Source: Anolis carolinensis (Eukaryota). Taken from it: a DNA stretch of 64,000 nt. The notes under the pieces were generated by a model. It ran no database searches. It worked only from the letters and a program-made list of their open reading frames with translations, and had not been told where the DNA came from. The first letter of the stretch is position 1. Every line of letters starts with the position of its first letter. The stretch spans positions 266,878,525 through 266,942,524 of the forward strand of contig NC_085841.1 in NCBI RefSeq assembly GCF_035594765.1, read 5' to 3'. The position numbers were made by a program, and so were the translations under genes. Of the stretch, positions 12,854 to 25,540 are shown piece after piece.

Positions 12854-13182
12854 AAAAAGGTAAAGGTTTCCCCTGACATTAAATCCAGTCATGTCTGACT
12901 CTTGGGGTTGGTGCTCATCTCCATTTCTAAGCCGAAGAGCCGGCGTTGTCTGTAGACACCTCCAAGGTCATGTGGCCGGCATGACTGCATGGAGCGGCGT
13001 TACCTTCCCGCCGGAGCGGTACCTATTGATCTACTCACATTGGCATGTTTTCGAACTGCTAGGTTGGCAGAAGCTGGAGCTAACAGCGGGCACTCACTCC
13101 GCTCTCGGGATTTGAACCTGCGGCCTTTCGGTCTGCAAGTTCAGCAGCTCAGTGCTTTAACACACTTCGCCACCGGGGCTCC
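12854..13182 (-). mobile_element. Sauria SINE
   Basis: Reverse strand GGAGCCCCGGTGGCG...GGGGAAACCTTTACCTTT; 13-bp TSD TTATTACCA(C/T)TTA at 12841-12853 and 13183-13195. Confidence 0.92.
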
Positions 13183-13987
13183 TTATTACCATTTAGCCCT
13201 GCAATAATATTTTGAAGTCAATTAGGGCAGTCACATTAGGTTTCCTTAAATACATATGTACAATCAATAATGTACCTCCTATCATTCAGGAACCTTATTT
13301 GTGAGTTCTTAATTCACAAGCAGCATGCAAATATGGAAATAATAGGGTTTTACTTATATAGGGATGACTAGATAGATAATTTATATGCAAGCAGCTGAAC
13401 CACATGGTCTGATAGCTTTCCAGCAAGCTAAAGCCATTGGCAATGATTTTAATATAACCCATGTTACTAGTAATATTAGCGTTTTCCTTTTTTCTGTCAA
13501 GAAATGACTAAGTCTTGGAGATTTATTATTGCCATAGTCATGTTTGCACTTTGCCAGACTACACATCCTGCCTATTTCATGACATGCATACAAAAAATAA
13601 ATATTAATTGATTAATGTTGACATTTAGGACCTGATCTAATTCTTGTAAAAAGTCAACGGAAATATTCTAATTGTCTTCAATAGGAAGTTAGATAATGAC
13701 CACAAAAAATGGAAGTATATATCATAAAGGAGTCAGGCCTGTCATGAAAATAATTATTATATTCATTTCCTAACTTCTGACAATTTTAGTTTGTAATGTT
13801 AATGTTTTATTGTAAAAGCAGGACACCCCAGAGTTTGGGGTGATGATAAAAATCATTTCTGTTCTGATGGAACTTGTAAATCCAATGAATGGAAGTGCCT
13901 TATAAAATATATGCTATTATGAGGTAATGACTGTTGAATGTTTCTTAAAGCAAGAATGAACAGGAAAAAGCTGTAGCATATTTAAGT

Positions 13988-13996
13988 ATCATCATT

Positions 13997-14040
<44 letters not shown>
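13988..14040. repeat. (ATC)n microsatellite
   Basis: Direct reading. Confidence 0.95.
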
Positions 14041-14178
14041 TCTATTTATAAAGTGGGAGTGTTTAGTGTGTATTAGGTTCAGCAGAACATTCATTCTTCA
14101 GTAGTCTTGAAGGTACATACTATATGCACTGAGTAGAAAGATGAGTGGAATGAAATTAGCTTCTGTAGTTTAAATCCG

Positions 14179-14257
14179 TTGTCGTCGTCGCACTCGTTCA
14201 GTCATTTTCGACTCTTTGTGACCTCATAGACCAGTCCATGCCAGAGCTCCCTGTCCA
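14179..14257 (-). mobile_element. Short BovB 3' tail fragment
   Basis: Reverse complement matches 9834-9900 (GACAGGGAGCTCTGGCATGGACTGGTC..GAGGT.ACAAAGAGTCG). Confidence 0.85.
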
Positions 14258-14339
14258 CTTAGTTATATTTAGAGTAAACCCACTGACAATTATTCATAAC
14301 CAACTAAACTCTCCCAATTTTATTTCTTCTATCTTAAAA

Positions 14340-14522
14340 ACACCAGATCCTATCTGTTCTTGGAGATTGCCCTGGTTAATACTTGGACGGGAAACCACCA
14401 ATGAATACCAGGTACTGTAGGCTACATTTCAAAGGAAAAAACTGGCAAAACTATCTCTGAATATTTCTTGCATTAGAAACTGCTATGAAATGCATGGGGG
14501 TGCAAAGTCATGCGGTGACTTT
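14340..14522 (+). mobile_element. 5S rRNA-derived SINE (SINE3, 5S-Sauria type)
   Basis: CACCAGATCC...CCTGGTTAATACTTGGACGGGAAACCACCAATGAATACCAGGTACTGTAGGCT resembles the 5S rRNA 3' half (C box), followed by a non-5S tail. Confidence 0.75.
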
Positions 14523-15971
14523 GATATGATTATGTCTGACTCATCACACTAGGACCTCTCTGACTGAACATTTTAAAAGCCCCTCCCTAAACTACAAAAC
14601 CCAGAATTCTTCAGGAGGCAGCTACAGAGTTTAAAGTGGATTGATACTCTAGTGTGATAAGTTTTAAATTAAATTGGACTTTTGTCAATTGGTTTGCTCC
14701 TAACCTCATGGTCTGTCATCAGCCTTGACCTTGAAATGCTGCCATGAGAGTATTACAGACCAAGATCAAGCCAATGAGTCAATGGTAGTCAAGGGAACAA
14801 GTGAAAGGAAAAGCCACGTGTCCAGTCCAGAGTTAAAGCTGAACACCAGAATGTCAAGAAACAAGGTGGTGTCCAGAAGTCAAGAGGCGTAGCCCAGGAG
14901 CTGTCAATTCCGCAAGGTACACAAGAGACAAGGCTCCAAACTTCAGGCATTCAAGCCTTTCATCATTTCCTAGTAGATACCTCTATACCAGTGGTTCTCA
15001 AACTGGGTCCCCAGAAGTTTTGGCCTTCAACTCCCAGAAATCCTAACAGCTCTCCAGATCTGGGTAGGTAAATGATCCTTCAGGTACTCTGGTCCAACAA
15101 TATTAAGGTCAGAACAGGTGCTTAAAACTAGACCCTAAAACTCAAAAGATTCTCTCTGACATCACATTTTATTACTTAGCACCATCTTTTAGAAAGTATA
15201 TATAGATCCAGTCACTAAGAATCTCAAGAGCAAACATTCTCAATAATGTGGGTCAGAATGAATGTGATAGATTTATGGTAAGAGAGTGAAGGATGGTAGA
15301 AGGAAGGAAAAGGCATGCTTGTTCTTGTTACTCTTGTTAAAATCCATGGAAAGAATGTTATACCACAGACATTTCAGAAAAGAAATGCCTTCAAATATTT
15401 CCTGTAGCCAGCCTCATGGTGGGTCTGCAAAAAAAGAGCCAATAGTTTTAGGATGCAATTGCAATAAAATATTTCAAGCAACAGTTGCAGGGTAATCCAC
15501 GCCACTGGTTTTCCATCGTTGGCTCTCCATTAAGTTTGGTAGCCACAAGAGCAATAAAAAGGACTCCCCCTTTATAAAATCAGAAGCAGCTGTTTAGGAT
15601 GAGTTCTTGCTTGGAGCTTTGAGTGTTGTATAACCAAAGCCACAGTAACCTGGTGATTTTACAGAACTGAAAGGCATATTTGTGTCTGTATTTTTCTGGT
15701 TTCTGATAGCTAAGAATGGCAAAACAGATCTTGCCTTATCATTAAGTCAATGCAGTCTTTCCTCCCAGGATGGATGGCAATTAGTGGTACCAGGTTTAAT
15801 GACGTGACCTTCATCTTAGCAAACTTCACTTTTGTCACTGAGCTTTGGTCAAATTCACTCCCAATACATTTTCTAGATTTGGTGTTCTTTATGGTTTGTC
15901 TGCCTCTCTAGGATGTCTTTCAGCCAAAGTGCTACTTGCATTTTGCATTGTACTTCAAATTTATAATTTGT

Positions 15972-18561
15972 CAGAGTGGAAGCTAAGGCTAGAGATGAAA
16001 ATCAAAAAGCTTAGATCAGATGCAAGTAACCTGAAAAATATGAAAGAGAAGAAACTGAAGAATGACAAAATCAAGCAATACCTGATCCAAAAGTACTAGC
16101 TGAACACCAGAAAAATTGAAGAAGCTTTGGAAATCGTGAAAGAACAAATTACAGCAACAGCCAGAAAAAATTGAAAGATATGAAGCCAGAATCATCCAGT
16201 ACAGACAAAATCAACTGTTTCAATCAGACCAAAGACGGTTCTACCAGAGCCTGAACCAAACAACAGACAGAGTAACCATAAATCCAGAGAAAACTGCAAC
16301 AACAAAGTTCTGAAAAGAACTTTGGGAAAATAATAAGAACTACAACAAAAACGCTGGGTGGCTAAAGGAGTTTGAAGGAAAATTCTCACAGAAAAATGGA
16401 AAAATGGCCCAACAATTCAATGAGATGCTGCAGAAAGGAAGTATCAGTGAATGGCTAACAACTGGAAGAACTTACTTGATACAAAAGGATCCAGCAAAAA
16501 GAGCAACACCAGGAAACTACAGGCCAATAATATGTCTGCCTACTATGTTTAAACTACTGACTGGCATCATAGCTGACAGAATTCAAGACTATCTTGAAGA
16601 AAAAAACCAACAGAAAGGCAACAAACGGAAAAGCAGGGGCACAAAAGACCAGTTATTGATTGACAAAATTATTCTGGAGAATTGTAAGAGCTGAAAAGCT
16701 AATATTCACATGACGTGGATTGACTACAAAAAGGCCTTTGACTCACTCCCACACAGCTGGATCATCAAGTGCCTGGACACCATCAGGATTTGTAAAAACG
16801 TTGGCACCTTCATTGAAAACATGATGGAGCACTGGAAAACTGAACTGTTCGTTGGAAATGAAAGCTATGGACTTGTCAACATCAGAAGAGGAATTTTCCA
16901 GGGAGACTCATTGTCCCCTCTGCTTTTCATTATTGCCATGATCCCTCTGTCAACAATCTTACAAAAAACAAATCTCGGCTATCAAACATCTAAGAAATCT
17001 CATAAAATTTCGCATCTGATGTACATGGATGACCTGAAGCTGTATGGGAAAATAGAAACTGAAATCCAGTCTCTGACCAACACTGTCTGAATTTTTAGCA
17101 CTGATATCAACATGGAGTTTGGTTTGGACAAATGTTCGACAGTGGCATTGAAGAAGGGAAAAATCATTGAAAATGAGGGCATAAATATGCCTAATGGCCA
17201 AACAATAAAGTGTCACCAGCCAGAGGCCTATAAATATCTGGGCATATTACAGCTGGACAACATCAAGCATGAACATGTGAAAACTGTGGTCAGCAAAGAA
17301 TACACACAAAGGGTCAGAAAAATTCTCAAAAGCAAGCTCAATGGAGGCAACACCATCAAGGCCATAAACACCTGGGCCATACCTGTCATAAGATATACTG
17401 CTGGCATTATAAATTGGACACAGGTGGAACTGGACAATTTGGACAAAAAAACAAGAAAACTCATGGCCATTCATCATTCACTGCACCCTCACAGTGATGT
17501 TGGCTGGCTATATCTGCCTAGAAGATCAGGGGGCAGAGGACTCTTACAAGTAAAACAAGCAGTCAAAGAAGAAGAACATGCCCTGGCAGAATATGTAAAG
17601 CAAAGTGAAGAACCTGCTTTGATTGAAGTCAAAAATCAGAAACTCCTCAAAGCACAGCAGACAAAAAACCAGTACAAGAAACTGCACTACAAACTAGAGC
17701 AGACAGCTGGCACAACAAAACATTGCATGGAAAGTTCCTTGACAAAATTGAAGGAAAAGCTGATAAGGAGAAGACCTGGCTATGGCTCACAAATGGGACC
17801 CTGAAGAAGGAGACAGAAGGCCTGATCCTTGCAGCCCAGGAGCAAGCCATCAGGACAAATGCAATTAAGGCCAAGATCGAAAAATCAGCTGATGACCCAA
17901 AATGCAGACTGTGCAAGGAAACCGATGAAACCATTGATCATATCCTCAGCTGCTGTAAGAAAATTGCACAGACAGACTACAAACAGAGGCACAACTATGT
18001 GGCCCAAATGATTCATTGGAACTTATGCCTCAAGTACCACCTGCCAGCAGCAAAGAACTGGTGGGATCACAAACCTGTAAAAGTATTGGAAAATGAACAT
18101 GCAAAGATACTGTGGGACTTCCGAATCCAGACTGACAAAATTCTGGAACACAACACACCAGACATCACAGTTGTGGAAAAGAAAAAGGTTTGGATCATTG
18201 ATATCACCATTCCAGGTGACAGTCGCATTGACGAAAAACAACAGGAAAAACTCAGCCACTATCAGGACCTCAAGATTGAACTTCAAAGACTCTGGCAGAA
18301 ACCAGTGCAGGTGGTCCCGGTGGTGATCGGCACACTGGGTGCCGTGCCAAAAGATCTCAGCTGGCATTTGGAAACAATAGACATTGACAGAATTACGATC
18401 TGTCAACTGCAAAAGGCCACCCCACTGGGATCTGCGCGCATCATCCGAAAATACATCACACAGTCCTAGACACTTGGGAAGTGTTCGACTTGTGATTTTG
18501 TGATATGAAATCCAGCATATCTATCTTTTTTGCTGTGTCATAATAAAATAATAATAATAAT
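15972..18561 (+). mobile_element. 5'-truncated R4/Dong-clade non-LTR retrotransposon (RT + CCHC + restriction-like endonuclease), pseudogenised
   Basis: NYRPIICLPT, WIDYKKAFDS, GIFQGDSLSP, HLMYMDDLKL, CRLCKETDETIDHILSCC, PDITVV..KVWIIDITIP..K..Y; stops at 16097, 16692, 17088 and a frameshift near 17680; ends in (TAA)n. Confidence 0.95.
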
Positions 18562-18878
18562 ACTTTTATTTGTTACATATGTTTTCTCATGGCTCAAGGA
18601 GGGGTACAACACAGCCAAAACACATATTCCAAAATATAAAGCACAAAGATAAAAATATGAAACCAATAGAAGGCAAATTTAAAATTCATAGTTCAAGGTT
18701 GACTAGATAGCCCTGCTAAAAGATATAAGGTTTTGCTTGTGCCTTACATTTTCACAGCGAGGATGTCAGATCTCTTCTGGCAGGTCATTCCACAGTGGTG
18801 GCCAATGAAAAGGTCCTCGGTGATAATTGCCAGTCAGGTTCTCGCTGGTTGATGTAAACAGCCCACAGAGGACCTCAG
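18562..18878 (-). mobile_element. Old L2 3' fragment
   Basis: Reverse strand encodes RTFSLA..LWNDLP-like L2 ORF2 end followed by a decayed tail. Confidence 0.6.
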
Positions 18879-19911
18879 TTAAATTAATTCTACTGTGTAG
18901 ATTCACAGTTGGTCTCCTAAGTCCTGGTTCAAAACTCAAATCACTACTGTGTGCTGATTTTCTAAATAAATTATCGTGAAAACAGCTTGCCTGGTTTTAC
19001 AGACAGGTGTTTTGAGCCTGTGATAATTTTTTCTGGAGAAGTGGAAGTATATATGGAAATAATAGGGAAGGACTTTTTCCTTAATAGCATGACTTAATTA
19101 ACTGGCAAACTAAGTTCTATATCTGAGTTTTCACACTTTTCTTTGTGTGAATAGCAACAACAGGAAACACTGATATTTCTCTCCAGATCCTTTTATTTTT
19201 CTCTTCTTCTTCTTCACCTCAAAGTTCTAATGTCATTTTCATAAACCACGTTTTGTAAAGGAATGATGGTCCATGTCTTTGAATTATGTAAATAATGATT
19301 TCTGTTTGTGGTATTTGCATTCTTGGCTCTTAGTGAAATCATTTCAAAACAAAGGAAAACACAGTAGCAAATCATATTTGTGGAACTATGGCCCAGAGAT
19401 ACATTGTAAGAAAGATATCCTCTACCCATAGCATTGGTGTAATAAATGGCCCGACTGATAAAACAGTTATACACCCCTCTGGAATATTAAGTGATTCTTT
19501 AAGTTTGTTATTTCAAAATAGGTATTTTTTATTCCTATTGCCCTGTCTCAAATTCACAGAACTTTGAAGATCTTGATCATGGCTCTTTCTATTTGCAACC
19601 TCCCTGTGTTTCTCCACTGCTTTTTCTTTCTGTAAAAACCATCAATTAAGAAAGAAAATGTGGTAGAATTTTTCAGTGTCTTGGGCACATTTCTACTTAC
19701 GCTGTAATGCAACTTAGAACCGGTTTGGGAGGAACCAGTTTCACTCTGCAGGTGGTTAGACTGGCAGGTCTGGAACTGATTTGAGACCAGGTCAGTGATG
19801 ACGTTAGCCATGGAACCAGGCCTCAAACAGCTCTGTGGGTCCCCCCCCCCCCAATTTATGGGAAAAATGTACATCAGTGTTCCAAAGAGGGGAGGAGGTG
19901 GGGGGGGGGAG

Positions 19912-20614
19912 AGAATCATAGAATCATAGAGTTGGAGGAGACCTCACAGGCCATCCAGTCCAAGCCCCTGCCAAGAACAGGAAAATCACATTCAAAGCAT
20001 CCCCGACAGATGATCATTCAGCCTCTGCTTAAAAGTGTCCAAAGATAGAGCCTCCACCACACTCCGGGGCAGAGAGTTCCATTGCTGAACAGCTCTCACA
20101 GTGAGAAAGTTCTTCCTAATCCTAAAGTGGAATCTCCTTTCCTGTAGTTTGAAGCCATTGTTCCGCATCTTAGTCTCCTGGGCGGCAGAAAACAAGCTTG
20201 CTCCCTCCTCCCTATGACTTCCCCTCACATATTTATACATGGCTATCATGTCTCCTCTCAACCTTTGCTTCTGCAGACTAAACATGTCCAGCTCTTTAAG
20301 CCGCTCCTCGTAGGGTTTGTTCTCCAGACCTTTAATCATTTTAGTCACCCTCCTCTGGACACTTTCCAGTTTCTCAACATCTCCCTTCAACTGTGGTGCC
20401 CAGAATTGGACACAGTATTCCAGGTGTGGCCTGACCAAGGCAGAATAGAGGGGGAGCATGACTTCCCTGGATCTAGACACTATACTCCTATTTATGCAGG
20501 CCAAAATCTCATTGGCTTTTTTTGCTGCCGCATCACATTGTAGGCTCATTTTTAACTTCTTGTCCATGAGGCCTCCAAGATCTTTTTCACACATACCGCT
20601 GTTGAGCCAGGCGT
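19912..20614 (-). mobile_element. 5'-truncated CR1 LINE (ORF2 C-terminus + 3' UTR)
   Basis: EKDLG...LYSALVRPHLEYCVQFWAP...LESVQRR...RLRGDMI...WNSLP; (ATCATAGA) tail. Confidence 0.95.
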
Positions 20615-21894
20615 ACATAAGAAAAAGATCTTGGAGTCCTCGTGGACATCAGTATTCCAGGTGTGGTCTGACCAAGGCAGAAAGTGACAGTTAGGAGAGG
20701 AGTTAATCAATTACTCCTCCCAGGGGGGTCAAGTAGTCCCCTGCTAGCTAGCCATGTCCTTTGGACATTTTTCAATAGTCCCCTTGCCCTGCGTTCCAAG
20801 TTTTACAAAGCACTTCAGCAAGTGCAGGGGTCGACAGCATGCTCCAATTCTGTAGAGCTGATATCACCCTGGGATTTGAGATATTTTGGGATCTGCTGCA
20901 GCACATCAAGGGGCTTATCTCAGACTCCCATGTGATTTTCTTGAATGCACTGTATACTCTTTAATCTGCACTGCAGTGCACATTGGCACAATTTTTTGTG
21001 GCTGCTACAGTCTTGAGTTGGCATGGAACTGTATTAAATGGCCAATGTAAACAAGGCCTAAATTAGTACCACTGGGTGCTCAACATCTGGTAGCAGCCAA
21101 CTAATTGCGGGGTCAGGAAGAAAGTTCTGAGCCTGGAGAAACGGACACCATTTGGGAAATAGTCAACATAGAAAACCACGTACAAAATATCTCATTTTTC
21201 AATGAAGATCTCCAAAATAACATTACAAAGCCTTCTCCTAGTGAATAGAACATACAATTACATTTCATTTTTATTGTATTCCATAATATAGGATTACTAT
21301 ATGAACTTTGTATTAAACTTTAAAGAACATTTTCAGCTTCTTCCCAAGCCACATTCCACTGTCAAAATATATCCTTGAATAACCTCTATGGAAAGCAGCA
21401 GTCTTCATATTTATAACGTGCCAGGGTCGCTCTGACAACTCCATCTTGATAGGTCAAGTTGAAAAAGTCATTCAAGGTCAGAGTCTGATATAATGCAAAG
21501 GTTTTATTAAATCAAGGAAGGTTTTCTCTCTTTCTTCTGCTGTCTTTCTGGAACTCGGATGCTCTCCAAAGAATTCCAAACTTAAAGGAGGATAAAATGC
21601 TCCATCAAATATGTTTTATGTCCTCCAGTTTACAGACTATTAAATGTACCCTCCAGTGGCTATTTCTGGGAGACTTTGAGCAATTTCTCTGAAAAGATAT
21701 TCTCAGCAGAAGAGAGAATTCATGGGAAAGACAAACTCTAACCCATGGAGTGGCATCTTTAGACACTGAGCGATAACTGTTATGATATCATGATAATCAC
21801 AAACTTCCAAGATAATGACCTCTCAGTTTCATTGGTCCATTGACTGAAAATCAGGAAGTCAGGAGACAATCACCACAACCACAGTTGTTTGGAG

Positions 21895-22412
21895 ATGCAA
21901 AAGAGGGTTTCCTCAGTGGCTGACCTTAGGCTCTGGAACTCTCTTCCCAGGGAGGCCAGAATGGCCCCACCTTTCCTGCCCCTCCATCAGCAGGCAAAAA
22001 AACCCTTTTATTTGACAGGCCTTTGAAACAGACAGTTTTTAATTAATGGGCTAGGAAATGCTATATTGTTTGAACTCACCTTCTAAAAAGACTAAAAATT
22101 GCATTGTGTTATTTTATTCAAATTTGAATTGTTTTAATATTATAACTGCAATTGACCTTCAACCATTCATTGCTAGAAAATATTCCAAATCATTATCATC
22201 CAAAAACAAAGCTTGTTTTGCCATTTTGCTCTGTCATTGTATATAATAGAACTTGAGCACCCATAGATGTTGGCATTTGCAAAGGGTCCAAGAACCAAAA
22301 AAAGGAACCACTCTAGTTTAACCCTGTTTTAATATTAGCTTTTATGTTTTAATTATATTATTATTTTAAATCCTAATCTGCTTTGAGTCCAACTTTCAGG
22401 AGAAAACAGGAA

Positions 22413-22413
<1 letters not shown>
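21895..22413 (+). mobile_element. Decayed L2 3' end
   Basis: RLWNSLPREARMAP-like ORF2 end at ~21925-21970; tail CTGCTTTGAGTCC...GGAGAAAACAGG running into (CAA)n. Confidence 0.65.
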
Positions 22414-22460
<47 letters not shown>

Positions 22461-22461
22461 C
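22414..22461. repeat. (CAA)n microsatellite
   Basis: Direct reading. Confidence 0.95.
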
Positions 22462-24680
22462 GTGCCTTACACTTGGTTGACCTTACAATTCCAGGCATGT
22501 TGTCACCTGTGCAGAATAAATCCCACTGTTGTGACAGTTTTCTTTCCATTAATATTATATATATACAAAAATATCACAACAAAAACATAAATAAATAAAA
22601 GCTGACATGGCCAAAAATATTATTTCTCTTTCCCAGTCCACTCCCCCTTTCTCATAAGTTCTGCCTCTCTTATCTCTGTCAATTCTTAACTAATTATTTG
22701 GAAAGAGGTGTTTTTGTCCCTGAATCAAGTTTAGAACATAAGTGAGCAACATATGTTCTGCAGGCCACATGTGTCTCTTAAAGGCTTTTTAGCTGCTCTT
22801 GAAGCCACACAAACCCCCTAGACCACTTCAAAAATGTCTAAACAAAATTTCTGGTGATTTTGATCTCACCCCCCACTCGTATCCCAAATCAACAGAAATT
22901 TTATTTAGATATACTACTAAATGGTGGTTTTGCCCCCACAGTTACAATATGAAAGCCCCCCCCCCCGACTAAAAATTGGTTGAAAACAGAACTGTGAGAG
23001 ATATGACATCACTTCCAGGCACATCTGAAATGTCAGTGCAGCCTCTGCCACCTCCTCAGTTGCCCATCACCAGTTTAGAGTGCTAGCATGAAAAAGGTGC
23101 ACCAATTAAGCTTCTGTGTAGGTAAGTATGACTGTTTTTTGTAGATACAGGGTATATTTATTTTTATTTTATTCATTAGGAATATAGAAATGCAGCCCAG
23201 CATTCCAAGGTACCGAGGGAAAGGTTCATGGGGTTATGCTGTTTTGTAAATTAGGATGTGGGATGATGACTCTTGATCCATAAACATCTTGGATGAGGAA
23301 GGATTTATCCTCAAAATTTCCTAATCCAAATCCAATACCCTTTCATGCTTTATATAGCACTTGGGAGATGTCTTCATGTTTTATGATTTGTGTGATGTGT
23401 GTATGTTTCTGGGAGCAAAGAGTCTTGTATATACTTACAAACTGTATTTGGTATGATCCTGGCACCTTTACTGGAGGAGTGGGCAAATGTGAGACTTCCT
23501 GGAACTATTGTTATTCACTGGACCCTTCAGATCTGCTAAACGGGGCCAAGTGCAGAGCAATAGCTCAGAAAGGTGACCATAAAATTTGATTTAAGATGTG
23601 TCTAATGTATGTGTGTGTTTTGTATATGAGAGATGCATACTGTTGATGTCTTTTCTTCCCTCCAATTTGGCTATATATTCATCCCTCTCTTTTCCACCAT
23701 TTGGCTTTGGAACTGGTTCTCCCAATCAAGCTGTTGCATTCATTGCTCCCCTCTCATCTCAACTGGATGAGACAGAAAGTGTGAAAGGAAAGCCAAGGCA
23801 GTGCATAGCCAAGGGACTGGCTTGTTGTTGGGAGCCAAAATGCAAGCTGAGCCATTTGAGTGAGTTGTACACAGATGAGGAAGAATATTCACAGTGATCA
23901 TAAATAACTTCACTATGACCTCTATCCTGGCCTGCCAGAACATCCTCCTTTGGCTCTGCTCAGCACTGGTTTGTTCTCCTCCTCCCTTTTCCTGTCTCCC
24001 TACCCAGCAGACAAAGAGGTGATACTATATTCCACAAATAAGAATACATTTGGATGCAGTCAAAACTCCTGGTCATGAGGCCAGCATGTGAACTGCTTCC
24101 GCTGGATGACCTTACAGTAACAAGAGTTTTTTTTACTGGTAATATCACGTTTTTCCATTTCCCCCCCAAATCCAGGACTCAGTAAAAAAAAAATTGAGGG
24201 AGAAAATGTCAGAATTTACAGACATTTTATGTTTCTAAATCATTCCCACACTGATGCAGAGCCTGATGCCACAGTAATCAGTGTGGTCATAGCTGCTAGG
24301 GCTAATTCATCACCAGATGATGAGCATCTCTAGACTTTGGCTGGTGTCTGGCTGGTAGCTATCGAGCTGTACTTGAAGTCTTACCTGCTTTGGTAGCATA
24401 TCACTGAGTTTATTATCAACTAGAAAAGCCTTCAAGAATACAAGATGATATCTGCTTTGCAATAAGAGAACAGAGTAGGACATGTGAGCTTATTTGTTTC
24501 CCACCTATTGAAACCCTTAGGCAACCCTATCACAGGGTTTTCTGGAGTGAATAGTCTATAAATTGCCTAATATCAGTGAGTTTTTCAATGGCTGAGTGGA
24601 AAATCAACCCAGGTCTCAAGAGTCATAATCCAGCACTGAAACCATTACACCATGTCTGCTGTCTATTGTGGAGGTCTACC

Positions 24681-24695
24681 TTATTATTATTGTTG

Positions 24696-24763
<68 letters not shown>
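24681..24763. repeat. (TTA)n microsatellite (tail/target of adjacent Dong fragment)
   Basis: Direct reading. Confidence 0.95.
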
Positions 24764-25003
24764 TGAAACACAACAAGATGAGACCACAGCAGACACTCTG
24801 CTGGCTGTTGTATTGGATCACATGTTGGACACTTCCAATGAATAATGCGGGCAGATCCCAGTAAGGTGGCCTTCTGCAGCTGGCAGATAGTAATTTTGTC
24901 AGTGCCGATTGTGTTTAAGTGCAGGCCAAGGTCTTTAGGCACTGCACCCAGTGTGCCGATCACCACTTGACTGGCTTGTGCCAGAGTCTTTGCAGTTCGA
25001 TCT
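24764..25003 (-). mobile_element. R4/Dong 3' fragment (second subfamily)
   Basis: VVIGTLGAVPKDLGLHLNTIGTDKITICQLQKATLLGSARII matches the C-terminus of the 15972-18561 element; different 3' UTR; (TTA)n on both sides. Confidence 0.9.
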
Positions 25004-25127
25004 TTATTATTATTATTTGTCAAATAAATCAACACCCAGTTATGTATCTGACTGATTTCTGTTTAAACATTTTTATTATTAATTTCATTTTGGATTTAAA
25101 ATTTATTTATGAACAATCATTTAATTG

Positions 25128-25540
25128 GAGTGTTGGTTTCTGTGCTGTATGGCCGTGTTCTAACAGAATTTTCTCCTGACGTTTCACCTGCATCTGTGGC
25201 TGGCATCTTCAGATGATCTGATGGTAGTAAAGCAAGTAGAGTTTATAAACCTGTGGAATGTCCATGGTGGGAGGATGCAATTAGCAAGCCAGATTTGCAA
25301 GTGTTTGAGTGGAATCCATTAGCTTGTGAGTAACTGAGAAGATTGCATAGTCAATAGTGAGGACATCTGCCTGGAGGTAACGAGGCCTTTGTTCCCTTGG
25401 AGTGTTTATTGCCCAGAGGCATCCTTTGCCTGGATGGTGTTCACTGGCCCTTGATTGCTTGCTGCTTGGGGGCTTCCTGTGTCTGGGTGGTGTTCATTGA
25501 TTATTGTCTTGATTCTGGTGTTTCTGAATACTGATAGTCA
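25128..25540 (-). mobile_element. Penelope-like (Poseidon) pseudo-LTR fragment, divergent subfamily
   Basis: Reverse strand similar to 55955-56345 (ORF end, TATAAA, CTGAAGATGCCAGCCACAGATGCAGGTGAAACGTCAGGAG, GAACACGGCCATACAGC). Confidence 0.8.
25173..25215 (-). ncRNA. Minimal type I hammerhead ribozyme motif (Penelope)
   Basis: CUGAAGA-u-GCCAGC-loop-GCAGGU-GAAAC-GUC; core intact, stem I weakened (cau/agg). Confidence 0.6.

Noticed and set aside
14340-14425. 5S rRNA gene
   Set aside because: Truncated, diverged and fused to a SINE tail, so a SINE3 head rather than a functional rRNA gene; the same applies at ~62160-62245
14700-15200. LTR-like segments here and at ~30250-30600, ~43105-43500 and ~43740-44070
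   Set aside because: Composition suggests decayed LTRs but no termini, TSD or PBS could be established
22383-22598. PolyQ ORF (and polyL/Y/C/I ORFs at 24576-25035 and 29564-29837)
   Set aside because: Translations of microsatellites, not genes
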